A stretch of 55,597 nt of DNA from Candidatus Tayloriibacteriota bacterium (GCA_028286665.1 JAQBRD010000003.1:1-55597); one strand, 5' to 3'. Positions 1-10,118 are shown, counted from the first letter of the stretch. Program-made: numbers and translations. The notes: generated from the letters alone by a model not told the origin.

Positions 1-1
1 C

Positions 2-142
2 GGCTTCGCGCGCATTGCAGCAGGCGTCCATCACGGCGTCGACATCGCCGGAAGCATCATCATCGCGATCGCGGTGACTGCGATCGTATATATGGTACTT
101 CGCAGGAAAGCATCCGGCGAAGAAGCCTCGCCGACGAATTAA
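2..142 (+). CDS. PAP2-family phosphatase, C-terminal fragment (5' truncated by window edge)
   Basis: Frame from nt 2 reads GFARIAAGVHHGVDIAGS...; RxxxGVHxxxD is the PAP2 C3 motif; TAA at 140-142. Confidence 0.7.
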   Translation, partial: GFARIAAGVHHGVDIAGSIIIAIAVTAIVYMVLRRKASGEEASPTN

Positions 143-168
143 TCACATAATCAATACAAAAAATCAAC

Positions 169-588
169 ATGCTACCGATCAATCTCCTCGCAGTCGCCAT
201 CGCAGCAGTCGCAGCTTTCATCCTCGGATTCCTGTTCCATGGGCCGCTCCTCGGAAAGCTCTGGATGAAATTGGCAGACGTCCATCCGACAGGAAATGAG
301 AAGCTGTCTGAAATGGTTCCGCAACTGCTCTGGAATCTGCTCGCGAATCTCGTCACCGCATATGTCCTCGCTGCGATATATCTGTTCGCGTCATCTTCTC
401 CCTACTTGGGCGCGACAGGCGTCAAAGGCGCGATCATCTGCGCGATCTGGCTCTGGATCGGCTTCCTCGTGACGACCACGTCGATCGAAGTCATCTGGAT
501 GAAACGGAAAGTCTCGCTCTGGCTTTTCGAATGCGGCTGCTCGCTCATCGTCATGATCGTCATGGGAGCGATCATCGGCAGCATGTAA
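169..588 (+). CDS. DUF1761-like small membrane protein
   Basis: 139 aa, about 4 hydrophobic segments; N-terminal INLLAVAIAAVAAFILGFLFHGPLLGKLWM pattern typical of DUF1761. Confidence 0.7.
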   Translation: MLPINLLAVAIAAVAAFILGFLFHGPLLGKLWMKLADVHPTGNEKLSEMVPQLLWNLLANLVTAYVLAAIYLFASSSPYLGATGVKGAIICAIWLWIGFLVTTTSIEVIWMKRKVSLWLFECGCSLIVMIVMGAIIGSM

Positions 589-622
589 TCGTCGATTTCA
601 GCGTATTACCTATACAACTATT

Positions 623-1345
623 ATGAAAATACAAGACTCGGTTATCATCGTAACCGGAGCATCATCCGGCATCGGAAAGGCAGCAGCCCAGGCACTCGCA
701 GGAAAAGGAGCGCGGGTCATTCTCGCTGCACGCAGGAAAGACTTGCTCGACGAGCTTTCAGCTCAGCTGCCCGGATCAGCAGTGATCGTCGCTGACATGG
801 CAGACGCTGATTCGATCAAAGCGCTGATACGGAAAACGAAAGATCAGTTCGGACGCATCGACGCGCTCGTGAACAATGCAGGCCAAGGCATCTATGGCGC
901 CGTAGAGAATGTCGACATCGGAAAATATCGAGGCGTCATCGAACTCAACGTCATCGGCCCGCTCATCGCCATGCAGGAAGTCGTCCCGATCATGAGATCC
1001 CAGGGCGGCGGCACCATCGTCAACATCAGCTCGATGGTCTCGAAGAATTATTTCCCATATCTTGGTGCCTACGCTTCGACGAAATACGCCCTCAATTGCC
1101 TCTCGCTCACTGCGCGCGCCGAGCTTGAGAAGGACAATATCATCGTGAGCGTCATGCACCCGACGCTCACCGAGACGGATTTCGGCAAGAACGCCATCAA
1201 ATCAGACGAGGTCGCAGCAGGCATGGAATCCCGAAACCGCGAAGGCATGCCAGCAGCCGACACTGCCGAGCAGGTCGCAGAAAGAATCGTACTTGCGATC
1301 GAATCAGGCAAGGCTGAGGTGTATGCGCATGAGGATATGGAATAG
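623..1345 (+). CDS. SDR family NAD(P)-dependent oxidoreductase
   Basis: TGASSGIG, VNNAG, NISS and YASTK (YxxxK) motifs. Confidence 0.95.
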   Translation: MKIQDSVIIVTGASSGIGKAAAQALAGKGARVILAARRKDLLDELSAQLPGSAVIVADMADADSIKALIRKTKDQFGRIDALVNNAGQGIYGAVENVDIGKYRGVIELNVIGPLIAMQEVVPIMRSQGGGTIVNISSMVSKNYFPYLGAYASTKYALNCLSLTARAELEKDNIIVSVMHPTLTETDFGKNAIKSDEVAAGMESRNREGMPAADTAEQVAERIVLAIESGKAEVYAHEDME

Positions 1346-1397
1346 ACCAGCTTCTATATAATATAGAGTAAATATGCTTAGGAACTATGGGCAAGTT

Positions 1398-1423
1398 TGA
1401 CTTGAACAAGCAAACGACATAAT
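1398..1423 (+). promoter_or_regulatory. Putative sigma70 promoter for the homoserine dehydrogenase-like gene
   Basis: TTGACT/TTGAAC followed by CATAAT upstream of an ~80-nt leader; spacing is imperfect. Confidence 0.35.
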
Positions 1424-1502
1424 CTGAAAGTATACAGGCAGAAACCGGCAAGTGTCCGGAATGACGCCATGCACATTGAGTCAACACCAGAATTGAGAGA
1501 TT

Positions 1503-2483
1503 GTGAAAAAAGACGCAAAAATCATCATTATCGGCGGCGGGCAGATTGCCACGCATCTGAAAGACCGACTTGAAAATCAAGGCCGCCTCGTCGCCCTAAC
1601 CATCGCGAACAGCAAGAACGAAACACCTTTTGCAGAGGAAATCGCTACATATCGGCCTGACATCGTATTCCTAGCCATATCGACCAAAGACAAGGGCGAG
1701 GCAGCAAAGAAATACATCGAAGACTGCATAGAGGCACGGATCCCGATCGTCACCTGCGAGAAGGGATCCCTCGCATATCATGCAGACGAGCTCAGACCGT
1801 TCATGCATAGGATCGGCTTCAGCGCCACAGTCGGCGGCGGGACAGGAATGCTCAGGTACCTGAAGGGCTTCCGGTTCGACAACAAGAAAGTCGAGATCAA
1901 TGCCATGCCCAACGGCACGTTCAACTTCATCTTCGACGAGTTTCGAAGCGGCAGGCAAAGAACCCCCGAACAAGCATGCCAGGTGGCCCGGAGTCGAGGC
2001 TATGTCGAGCCTGGCGCAGTCGATGCGCTGAGCATCATGAACAACGAGCTTGATGATGTGCGGATGAAGACCTGCGTCTTATTCAACAGGGTCCTTGCCG
2101 CGCGACGAGTCATCACGCCTGACGATCTCGGCCCGCTCAAGCTCGACAGAGAAGATCTGAGAGGGCTTTTCATAGACGAGGTCGACTATCGAATGGTCGT
2201 CACCTTCAGCAATTACGAACTCGGAATGAGACAGGAGTATTGCAGGAAAAAGCTCGTCCTGCGAGACATCGACGGCTGGCACATCAGCGTTTCGTTTCTG
2301 CAGATACTGTATCCCACGCGGCTTTCTTCCATGCTTCCGAAAGGGGCTGATAATGTCGTAAGCGTCACTGTAGGCGAAGAGCCGAATTCCCAGGAAACAT
2401 ACACCCTCACAGGACCAGGCGCCGGCTGCAGGCCGACAGTGTCTGCGATGCTTGCCGATGCCGATGAGCTCTGCCGAGGATGA
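1503..2483 (+). CDS. hom: Homoserine dehydrogenase-like protein (no ACT domain)
   Basis: Rossmann IIIGGGQIA; VTCEKGSLA, ATVGGG, NGTFNFI, GYVEP and GPGAG.RPTVSAML motifs of HSDH; GTG start. Confidence 0.7.
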   Translation: MKKDAKIIIIGGGQIATHLKDRLENQGRLVALTIANSKNETPFAEEIATYRPDIVFLAISTKDKGEAAKKYIEDCIEARIPIVTCEKGSLAYHADELRPFMHRIGFSATVGGGTGMLRYLKGFRFDNKKVEINAMPNGTFNFIFDEFRSGRQRTPEQACQVARSRGYVEPGAVDALSIMNNELDDVRMKTCVLFNRVLAARRVITPDDLGPLKLDREDLRGLFIDEVDYRMVVTFSNYELGMRQEYCRKKLVLRDIDGWHISVSFLQILYPTRLSSMLPKGADNVVSVTVGEEPNSQETYTLTGPGAGCRPTVSAMLADADELCRG

Positions 2484-2512
2484 TGGTGCAAGAAATGATC
2501 GTTTAACACAAT

Positions 2513-2547
2513 AGCCGTCTTGGTTCGATACCGAGGCGGCTGTTTTT
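2513..2547. terminator. Intrinsic terminator between convergent genes
   Basis: AGCCGTCTTGGT-loop-ACCGAGGCGGCT followed by GTTTTT. Confidence 0.7.
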
Positions 2548-2573
2548 ATTCCAAGACTTTTTCAATTACAGGC

Positions 2574-3116
2574 TTATGGACGCATCTCCCAAACCCGCTC
2601 CACAACCCACTTGTCGGCAGGCTTCTTGAGCAAGGCGATGTTATCGAATTGCATTTTGAAATCCGGACGCTTGCCCGACTGGAGATAGTTCCATATCGTT
2701 TCATAATCAAAGGGCTTAAGAGAAGCCATGGCGACGCTCGCGTGGAAATCGCCGCCGTTATCGAATTCATCGAATGCGATCGCCTTTATTTCACGAAGCG
2801 AATTCAGCAGATCGAGAACATCCCTCGACATTTCCTGAGAAGGAATCGCGTCGACGTAGATCACGCCATTCCCGAAGTTACCGAATCCTGAAAGAGAATA
2901 CCCGCTTGGCTTGTGCGAAGCAGCAAAGGCATCGAGACTCCTGCAGAGCGCCTCCATTCCCTGCTCATCGAGCTCGAATGGACGCTTGAGCGTAAGATGC
3001 GGAGGGATTCTCTCGTGAAGCGGATGCGTAGCAAATTTCTCAGTCAGATCTCTCGTGATATTCTCGTGAGCATTCTGCGCTTCGCCCCTGATCAGGTGGA
3101 CAATGATGTGTTTCAT
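2574..3116 (-). CDS. 2H phosphoesterase / 2'-5' RNA ligase family protein
   Basis: Two Hx(T/S) motifs: PHLTL and FHASV. Confidence 0.85.
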   Translation of the reverse strand: MKHIIVHLIRGEAQNAHENITRDLTEKFATHPLHERIPPHLTLKRPFELDEQGMEALCRSLDAFAASHKPSGYSLSGFGNFGNGVIYVDAIPSQEMSRDVLDLLNSLREIKAIAFDEFDNGGDFHASVAMASLKPFDYETIWNYLQSGKRPDFKMQFDNIALLKKPADKWVVERVWEMRP

Positions 3117-3195
3117 TATATGACATTGTATATGACTCGCAGCTTTTTACCATGCAAAACTTCCTTTCAGAATAGCAGCTTACTACATTCTAAGC

Positions 3196-3220
3196 AAAAA
3201 ACGCCCTTCGGCGTTTTTTT
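3196..3220. terminator. Bidirectional intrinsic terminator
   Basis: AAAAAACGCC-CTTC-GGCGTTTTTT. Confidence 0.75.
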
Positions 3221-3238
3221 GCTCTCTAAATTTGCTAA

Positions 3239-4336
3239 CTACTCCACTGGCACCAACTTCCCATCTTTCACTTGGGTGATGACCATCGGCTGGATGCGTA
3301 CTCCCTTATCGTCAAAAGAGATCGAACCAGAAACGCCGTCAGGATCATTGGTCTTCTGAATATTAGCTATCCAGGTCTTGGTGTTATTATCATGCTTTTT
3401 CAGAAGCACATTGACCATGTCGTAGGCAAAATCGGCGAGGAAGCCAGGCTCTTGCCCATACTTCTCTTTGAAAAGATTCTGGAACCCAGCCGCCTTTCCT
3501 GCCTTGAACCACATAGACTTCGCGCCATTTATTTTATTTGCATCTCCGAGGATTCGGGCATAATCCCCAAACCCGGTCTGCAGCTGCGCATCGTACGCGA
3601 GGATCGGTACTGATTTGTCGACAGTAAGCAACTCCTTCGTGAATAGCGCGCCATTTTCAGGAGACTCGATGATAACGACACCGTTGTAATTTTCATTGGC
3701 AATCTTGGTCGCATACCCGCGCAGATCATTCTTGCTGTTCACGATAAGCGGCGTAAAATCATGATTATACACTTTCTTGAAAGCACCGAAGAAGTCTATC
3801 TGAGCTGAAGAATTATCGTAGATTACGGCTACTTTCTTTGAGGAGAATTCTGGATCATGTCCCAAGTATCCCGCAAGATACCCTATCGGCGCCTCAGCAG
3901 CCGGGCTGAATTGAAAGATATTGTCATCCGCTACGCCAACTGTCTGAACCCCAAGTTGTATCACCGGAATACCGGCCTTCACGACATCCTCATGAATGGC
4001 GTCAATGACAGGAGTTGAAAGCATGAGGATCGCATCGACATGATCGAAGTCCATGAGCTTCCGATATGCGCTCACGCCTTTCTTCGCATCATATCCATCA
4101 TCCTCGACCACCGTCTTTATCGATGCTTCAGGATGAGCTTTCTTAAATTGATCCAGAGCAAGCTCCATTCCTTTCTGCATATTCTGACCCGCTGCAGAAT
4201 AATCGCCAGTAAGCGGCAGCATCAGTCCGAGCGTGATGGACTCAGATTTCTTTGAGGGATTATTTGAGATAACGAAACCTGCGACAATCGCACAGACCAG
4301 AATAATCATTCCTATTACTTGTGTTTTTTTATTCAT
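3239..4336 (-). CDS. Branched-chain amino acid ABC-type (LivJ/Peripla_BP_6-like) substrate-binding protein, membrane anchored
   Basis: N-terminal TM segment, then LGLMLPLTG...G, VEDD and AYD...GVSGSISFD..G patterns; start placed at MNKKTQ. Confidence 0.85.
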   Translation of the reverse strand: MNKKTQVIGMIILVCAIVAGFVISNNPSKKSESITLGLMLPLTGDYSAAGQNMQKGMELALDQFKKAHPEASIKTVVEDDGYDAKKGVSAYRKLMDFDHVDAILMLSTPVIDAIHEDVVKAGIPVIQLGVQTVGVADDNIFQFSPAAEAPIGYLAGYLGHDPEFSSKKVAVIYDNSSAQIDFFGAFKKVYNHDFTPLIVNSKNDLRGYATKIANENYNGVVIIESPENGALFTKELLTVDKSVPILAYDAQLQTGFGDYARILGDANKINGAKSMWFKAGKAAGFQNLFKEKYGQEPGFLADFAYDMVNVLLKKHDNNTKTWIANIQKTNDPDGVSGSISFDDKGVRIQPMVITQVKDGKLVPVE

Positions 4337-4499
4337 ATTTAGCATCAAAGCTTTTATTATTAATCCGTACTTATACAATACAATGATAAACATGTTTGTG
4401 CCACATAAATAGCACTTATGTCAATACTCGTCAAATAATCGCTTAACATAGGCACTTTCTTGGTTTTGATTTGACTATTTTATAGTCATATTATAAGAT

Positions 4500-5327
4500 A
4501 TGCTGATGGATTGGAATGCAAAATCACTCACAGTACTCGGCCTCAGCACAACAGAAGTCGCTATTCTTAGCGCTATTTCTGAATCAAAAAATGTCCAGAT
4601 GATTGCAGGTCAAACATCCCTGTCGCGCACCGGCATCAACCACGCGCTCAAAGGCCTTATGGCGAAAGGACTTGTCATTGCAGAAACAAAAGGCAGACGA
4701 AAGGTCTACTCTTCCCTTTCGCACGCTGAACTGCAGCACAAGCTCAGGAAAACTCTTGAAGGAATGGAAATTACAGATAAGCACAAGAAAGGCAGCAAGA
4801 TACGGATCTCGAAAGAGGATGAGTTCATCATCCATATCGGCTCAAAGGAAATCATCCCTGCATACTCGAGAATTGCTGCTGAGAACAAAAACGAGCGCAT
4901 CAGGGCGATACAGCATCATCGCGCTTGGAATCGGCTCGTCGACACGATATCCCCGAAGCAGCTTATCGAATTCAACGAGGCGGTAAAGAAAAATCACCTC
5001 ATTATCGATGGCATGCTGAACAGCGGCGCATATGATGCGTACAAGAAAGAGATCCAGGAAGATCCGAAAAAGCACGCCGAAGCGGTCAGAAGCCTCGAAG
5101 GCCGCATGGCGGACTACACCGTGTTCTCTGATAAATTCTTTAATTATGATGTCGAGATATGGATCTTCAAGACAACGACTCTCATCATCAACTGGAAAGA
5201 GGAAGTGGCGATCGAGATCATCAACGCAAGCATGACCGGCTTCATCAGGGATATGTTCGAATTCGTGAAAGCAGGCGGCGAAAAGCTCGATCACAACAAG
5301 GCGATACGGGAGTTGCTCAATAAGTAA
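4500..5327 (+). CDS. TrmB-like winged-HTH transcriptional regulator
   Basis: LGLSTTEVAIL...IA..TSLSRTGINHALKGL..KGLV; C-terminal effector/PLD-like region; divergent from the binding-protein gene. Confidence 0.75.
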   Translation: MLMDWNAKSLTVLGLSTTEVAILSAISESKNVQMIAGQTSLSRTGINHALKGLMAKGLVIAETKGRRKVYSSLSHAELQHKLRKTLEGMEITDKHKKGSKIRISKEDEFIIHIGSKEIIPAYSRIAAENKNERIRAIQHHRAWNRLVDTISPKQLIEFNEAVKKNHLIIDGMLNSGAYDAYKKEIQEDPKKHAEAVRSLEGRMADYTVFSDKFFNYDVEIWIFKTTTLIINWKEEVAIEIINASMTGFIRDMFEFVKAGGEKLDHNKAIRELLNK

Positions 5328-5334
5328 TTGGTAC

Positions 5335-7011
5335 CTACCGATTGAGTGTCTTGAGATAATCAAGAATCGCAGGATCTTTTGATCCCAGCTCGACAGCTTT
5401 CCGATAATAGAAGATCATCTGTTCTCTGTCCCGCAACAGTCGATAGACGGCACCGAGATTTTGATACTGCCGGTAGGTATAAGGGTCCAGTTGGATTGCT
5501 TTTTCCAGAGCGGCCTGAGCTTCTGCGTACCGCCCTGCGTCCATGTAATAAGCGCCGAGGTTATTGTATGCATTGGCATAATTCGGATTTATTTCTATGG
5601 CTTTTTTGTAGTTGACGGCAGATTCATCATTCCTGCCGGTATTAGAAAGCACGATGCCGAGATTATTGTAAGCGTTGGACAATCGCGGCTCAAGCGCAAT
5701 GGATTTTCTCAGATAGGTTTCGGCTTGCTTGTAGTCTTCGCGATCCATGTACATCAATCCCAGATCATTATACGACCGAGCATCGACATCAGGCATCTTC
5801 AAAAGTTCCGCTTCTAAAGCCTTGGACTTGGCATACTGTCCGATTTCATTATAAAGATCGATCACGCGGCTTATGTGACGAGCGTTGCGCTCGAGTTCCA
5901 TGGAGATCTGAGCCTCGGTCATCGCGGCTTTCCGATCATCATATTTCTGATCATACAGAATAGACAGATTCAAATGACCTGGAGCATATCGGAAATCGAA
6001 CGACAGGGCTTTTTTATACAGATCGAATTCGGCCTTCGTGTCATTTCTTCGGCTGGCTATCAAAGCCAGAGCATTGTAAAAACTCGCATAACGGGGTTCT
6101 ATTTTGAGACCCGCATTCAGAATTTCTTCGGACTTATCGAGCTGATTTTTGTCCAAATAATATGAAGCCAGGGTCAAATATTGATTGAGGTCTTCAGGAA
6201 AATCCTTTATTGAAAGATCGAGGTAGCGGAAGAATGCATCGTCATTTCCGAGCGCAAGCTCTGCAGAAGCGATGTCGCTATACAGAAGAGGGCTTTTGAC
6301 GGTCGGGTCATTTTCAATGCTCTTGTATATTGAGAGCGCCTGATCATATTGTTTCATTCCATGATACGTAAGTCCCAGATGGTATTTGAGGATCGCCGAA
6401 TTAGGATCTTTTGATAACGCGGATTCAAGCAATTCGAGCGATCCCTGATAATCGCCTTTTTTAAGACGAGAATCGAGAGCTTTTTTTACTGTCTGAACCA
6501 GATCATCAGGCATTCCGACATACAGATTATATGTCTGCAAGGAACGATAGGTGAATGCGTCATCAAGCGAGCCGGTACCGAGGAATTCATTCGTAGATGT
6601 CGAGCGTGATGAGAATTTCTTATAGCTATCGATATTCTTGCGATACGGAGTCAGCAGGCTTTCGTCGCTCGTATCAAAGGCTTTTTTATAGACGTCATAG
6701 ACATATTCCCCGTCGCCGACACCGGCCCCATTCGAATCGAACTTTGTCGGATCAGTCTTATATATCTCTTTTTCTGCGATATCGGTCAGCCCATCTTTAT
6801 CCTTATCCGGATCTTGGAGCACATGCAGATAGATAGCATGCCCGATCGTATCGACTTTTTGATCTATATATTTCTTCACCAATCGTCCTGGAATCGAAGC
6901 GACGCTTGGATTATGAACAAGGTATGCAATAGAAACCGCCACTGCCAGCAACAGGGCAGCAAGGATTGATAGGAGTACGATGGCCCAAGTTGGAAATAGA
7001 GGCTTATTCAC
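5335..7011 (-). CDS. Membrane-anchored TPR-repeat protein with a TSP3-like Ca-binding motif
   Basis: N-terminal TM; DPDKDKDGLTDIAE...TDPTKFDSNG motif; multiple AYNNLG TPR units. Confidence 0.85.
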   Translation of the reverse strand: MNKPLFPTWAIVLLSILAALLLAVAVSIAYLVHNPSVASIPGRLVKKYIDQKVDTIGHAIYLHVLQDPDKDKDGLTDIAEKEIYKTDPTKFDSNGAGVGDGEYVYDVYKKAFDTSDESLLTPYRKNIDSYKKFSSRSTSTNEFLGTGSLDDAFTYRSLQTYNLYVGMPDDLVQTVKKALDSRLKKGDYQGSLELLESALSKDPNSAILKYHLGLTYHGMKQYDQALSIYKSIENDPTVKSPLLYSDIASAELALGNDDAFFRYLDLSIKDFPEDLNQYLTLASYYLDKNQLDKSEEILNAGLKIEPRYASFYNALALIASRRNDTKAEFDLYKKALSFDFRYAPGHLNLSILYDQKYDDRKAAMTEAQISMELERNARHISRVIDLYNEIGQYAKSKALEAELLKMPDVDARSYNDLGLMYMDREDYKQAETYLRKSIALEPRLSNAYNNLGIVLSNTGRNDESAVNYKKAIEINPNYANAYNNLGAYYMDAGRYAEAQAALEKAIQLDPYTYRQYQNLGAVYRLLRDREQMIFYYRKAVELGSKDPAILDYLKTLNR

Positions 7012-7044
7012 TACTCATTTATATTAGCACAAAGTGACACGCCC

Positions 7045-7845
7045 TCACTTTTTCCACACAACATATAACCCAGGATAATATACCCCGTATGGACCTTTGG
7101 TCGGTTTCGATAGATCTACCGTTGAATATATTTCAAATGCGCCTGTCGCATAGGCATAATGCAGAACGCCCAAGCAATCATACGCGATAGGATTAGACAC
7201 GCACACTCCCGCAACCTTTCCGAGAAACAGCAATGCAGTCATGGTCGTTTCATCGGAAATATCCTTCCGATTGTGCACTGATAGCCCCCGAGACTTGAGC
7301 TTCTCTTCAACGTCGAACGGCAGCTTCTCTGGCTTAACATGAGCTAGATACGCGATCATATTCATCGGTTCGATGCCTGGCTTTATTTTTACCTCAGGCA
7401 GATCGCCGATATCTTCCGCTCGATCCTTTAGGATCCGTTTAGTCCAGCCGAGCAAGGGGTAACGATAATATGAATACAGCAGATTTTTTTTATTGTGCAT
7501 GCTGACAATCACCGAGAAATACCCTTCTCCAGCGACATACATCGCCGTGCCGTCGATCGGATCGATCAAGAGCACTAATCCATTTGTCCCTTTGAATTTG
7601 GAGACGGACGGGGTTGATTCTTCAGCGATCAGTTCGCATTCGATGAGCGGCGTTTCAGCTAGCTTTGAAAGAATAAACTCCTGAACCTGCAAATCAGCAT
7701 CGGTTACAATGTCTATGCCTTCAGCGCCCGTCTCTGATTTATTATAGGATGAAACTTTATTTCTCAGACTGCACGCAAGATCGGCAGCCTGATCAAAAAT
7801 CGGTTCGAATGAAACTAAAAGAGTAAGATATTGATCTTCAGTCAT
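7045..7845 (-). CDS. Inositol monophosphatase family protein
   Basis: IVTDAD, AEE and IDPIDGT motifs. Confidence 0.85.
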   Translation of the reverse strand: MTEDQYLTLLVSFEPIFDQAADLACSLRNKVSSYNKSETGAEGIDIVTDADLQVQEFILSKLAETPLIECELIAEESTPSVSKFKGTNGLVLLIDPIDGTAMYVAGEGYFSVIVSMHNKKNLLYSYYRYPLLGWTKRILKDRAEDIGDLPEVKIKPGIEPMNMIAYLAHVKPEKLPFDVEEKLKSRGLSVHNRKDISDETTMTALLFLGKVAGVCVSNPIAYDCLGVLHYAYATGAFEIYSTVDLSKPTKGPYGVYYPGLYVVWKK

Positions 7846-7891
7846 GATTGAGAGAGTTATCTGGGCTCGTTGCAGAGAAATAATACCATAC

Positions 7892-8446
7892 TTATCGAGG
7901 TGTGTGGGTCACCTGCTCTAAAAACGTCTTGAGCGCGGCAAACGGCTTTACCTGCATATATGTCTTCTGATCGTCCTCTTCGCTGAGCTGCGCTCGCGTA
8001 ACGGTATATCCGTCAGGTATGAAAATCTTGTCCCACCCATAGCCACTCTCTCCGGCTGGCACCTCAGCGATAGTTCCGCCGAGACTTCCTTCAAAAAGTT
8101 TAAGCATCTCACCGTCATAATATCCAAATAAGCATTTGGCGGTCGCTCGGCGGCTTTTTCCATTCACCATCGAGCAGATGGTTTCGAAAGGAACTTGGTC
8201 AACGAAGAAGCGTATAAAGGGCCTAGGAAGACCACCGAGGGCCTCGAATTCGAGAGACACGTCCTCAACAATGACCGGTTTCTTTATTTTTTCGTATGCT
8301 TGCCGGACTTTGTGTTCGACAATTTCCTTCAGATCAAGAGACTGTATCTCTTCCAAATCGAGCTTTATATGATCGACTGCATAACCCAGGTATTTTGCCA
8401 GGTAGTCTGCTTTCTTCTGATTTCCGGTTATGAACGTTATTTGCAT
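7892..8446 (-). CDS. Ham1/ITPase-family non-canonical purine NTP pyrophosphatase
   Basis: ITGNQKK, LEEIQ, VEDVSL and YGWDKIF motifs. Confidence 0.9.
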   Translation of the reverse strand: MQITFITGNQKKADYLAKYLGYAVDHIKLDLEEIQSLDLKEIVEHKVRQAYEKIKKPVIVEDVSLEFEALGGLPRPFIRFFVDQVPFETICSMVNGKSRRATAKCLFGYYDGEMLKLFEGSLGGTIAEVPAGESGYGWDKIFIPDGYTVTRAQLSEEDDQKTYMQVKPFAALKTFLEQVTHTPR

Positions 8447-8509
8447 ACTTCAATTCTAGCTTAGATATCAGCCTTTAGGTACTCGAGTCGTGCCGACACA
8501 AGTTCTTAA

Positions 8510-8535
8510 TGCGGGTGTCTCGGGCTAGAACCTTT
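8510..8535. repeat. Degenerate direct repeat copy A (tRNA-3'-end-like / att-like)
   Basis: TGCGGGTGTCTCGGGCTAGAACCTTT; shares the 19-nt GTCTCGGGCTAGAACCTTT exactly with the copy at 9925-9951. Confidence 0.7.
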
Positions 8536-8612
8536 TAGCTCATTGCACTTAAGGCTTTGGGCAATTTTTATGAACCACAAGGACGCATGTCGAGCAGACC
8601 GAAAAGCGGGGT

Positions 8613-9791
8613 TTACATATTAATAAGTTCGCTTTTCCACAAGCCGCCTACTTTAATAAATGACAAACGCACCATTCTGCCTTTTTCTTCGGCAGATATA
8701 TCTATCAACACAACATGTGTGGGTTCATGGGTTGCGTAGTCAAAAAATGGCATCCAAGCAATGTTCTGGCCTGAAATAGTGTTTTCATTGATAGTTTCTA
8801 AAGTAGCTGAGTACCTTGATATTATGCTTGTCACATAACTCTCTGGTGATGATTCCATATCAATTTTTCTCATTTTATCTGCTCTAGAAGAGACAAGATA
8901 TTCCCTCATTTTAGCAGTATTATTCATGCCAACGATTTTATGAAGCTCCTCGACAGCTGATCTGATCTCCTCTTTTTGAGCATCATTAAGCGTTAACTGG
9001 GGTTTATTTTCTGTTACAGCCCTTCTCTGGTCATTTATAGATTCTTTAGTGCTTTCGATTATATAGTTCTTGTAAATTACCGAAAGAATTATGAGACTAA
9101 TAAAAGACAGGAAAACAAACAGCTTGCTCCTTCTCTTGGTGTCTACAACTACCGTAGAGGCGATAATGTCATGGAGAGTTTGTTTCCTCTCCGTAAAAAG
9201 TGGAAACAGGTATCCGATATTGAGAATAGCAACACTTATAATCGAAGCAGCGGCTCTGCTTATTGCTCGGAGAATACTAATTCTCTCTCCATTCTTATCT
9301 ACAACTCGCAGTCCTAATATTATTTTTCCGGGCGTTGCCTGGAGTTTCGATGCATTGAACAAAGTATAATACATCAAGTAAAAAATTAACCCCACCGTCA
9401 GGCCAACAACCATAGCCGTACCCCATATCTTGAATAGATTGAAGAAAATACTTTCTACGGATCCCTGAGTAGTTAGGTTAATTACGATGTTATTCATCCA
9501 AGGAAAAACCATCGGCGAAATAACGAGACTCGAGAATAAGTTCGACAAGACTACCACAAGAGACACGTCGATAAGATGAGCAACGAGGCGGCGTAGAAAA
9601 GTTGCGTACAACTGATTACTAGCCATTGCTGTATTTTGCGTGTTTGCTGCGGCAGAATTCATAGATTGGAAAGCCTCTTGAATGTCTTCAATCAGCCACC
9701 CTTGGGAACTCAATTCTCTTGTTATTTCGTCTCGAGATACGCCCCTTGAAATTTCACTTCTAACAAAGTTCAAAATTTCTGGTGTTATCAT
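8613..9791 (-). CDS. RDD-family membrane protein with N- and C-terminal extra domains
   Basis: YATFLRRLVAHLID, QATPGKIILGLRVV and RKQTLHDIIASTVVV motifs; AT-rich. Confidence 0.9.
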   Translation of the reverse strand: MITPEILNFVRSEISRGVSRDEITRELSSQGWLIEDIQEAFQSMNSAAANTQNTAMASNQLYATFLRRLVAHLIDVSLVVVLSNLFSSLVISPMVFPWMNNIVINLTTQGSVESIFFNLFKIWGTAMVVGLTVGLIFYLMYYTLFNASKLQATPGKIILGLRVVDKNGERISILRAISRAAASIISVAILNIGYLFPLFTERKQTLHDIIASTVVVDTKRRSKLFVFLSFISLIILSVIYKNYIIESTKESINDQRRAVTENKPQLTLNDAQKEEIRSAVEELHKIVGMNNTAKMREYLVSSRADKMRKIDMESSPESYVTSIISRYSATLETINENTISGQNIAWMPFFDYATHEPTHVVLIDISAEEKGRMVRLSFIKVGGLWKSELINM

Positions 9792-9884
9792 AAATTAAAT
9801 TAGATTAAGAATAATATAGATGTAAACCAAGGTTGATATGTGAGATAAATATATCATATGTTTCGAATTTCTTGACTGTCAGGC

Positions 9885-9924
9885 AAAATAAAAGCAACAC
9901 CCAGAAGAGTGCTTTTTATTTTTT
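9885..9924. terminator. Terminator-like inverted repeat adjacent to repeat copy B
   Basis: AAAATAAAAGCA...TGCTTTTTATTTT. Confidence 0.55.
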
Positions 9925-9951
9925 TGCGGGGCGTCTCGGGCTAGAACCTTT
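9925..9951. repeat. Degenerate direct repeat copy B (tRNA-3'-end-like / att-like)
   Basis: TGCGGGGCGTCTCGGGCTAGAACCTTT. Confidence 0.7.
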
Positions 9952-10118
9952 CTCGGCTAAGCCCTGCAAGGTTGTTTCAAAGAAATTTAGTATACCATTT
10001 TGACGCGACTCGAGCGCATTAGAAAGTTATGAAGGTGACACAGATTAATACATTTAGTTATATATTGACATTATAATATTATATCAGCTTCAGAACTGCT
10101 CGCCATAACTTTTATCTA

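Noticed and set aside
8482-10016. 9-bp inverted repeat CTCGAGTCG / CGACTCGAG around the RDD gene as transposon ends
   Set aside because: It is too short, centred on a common palindrome, and has no target duplication or transposase.
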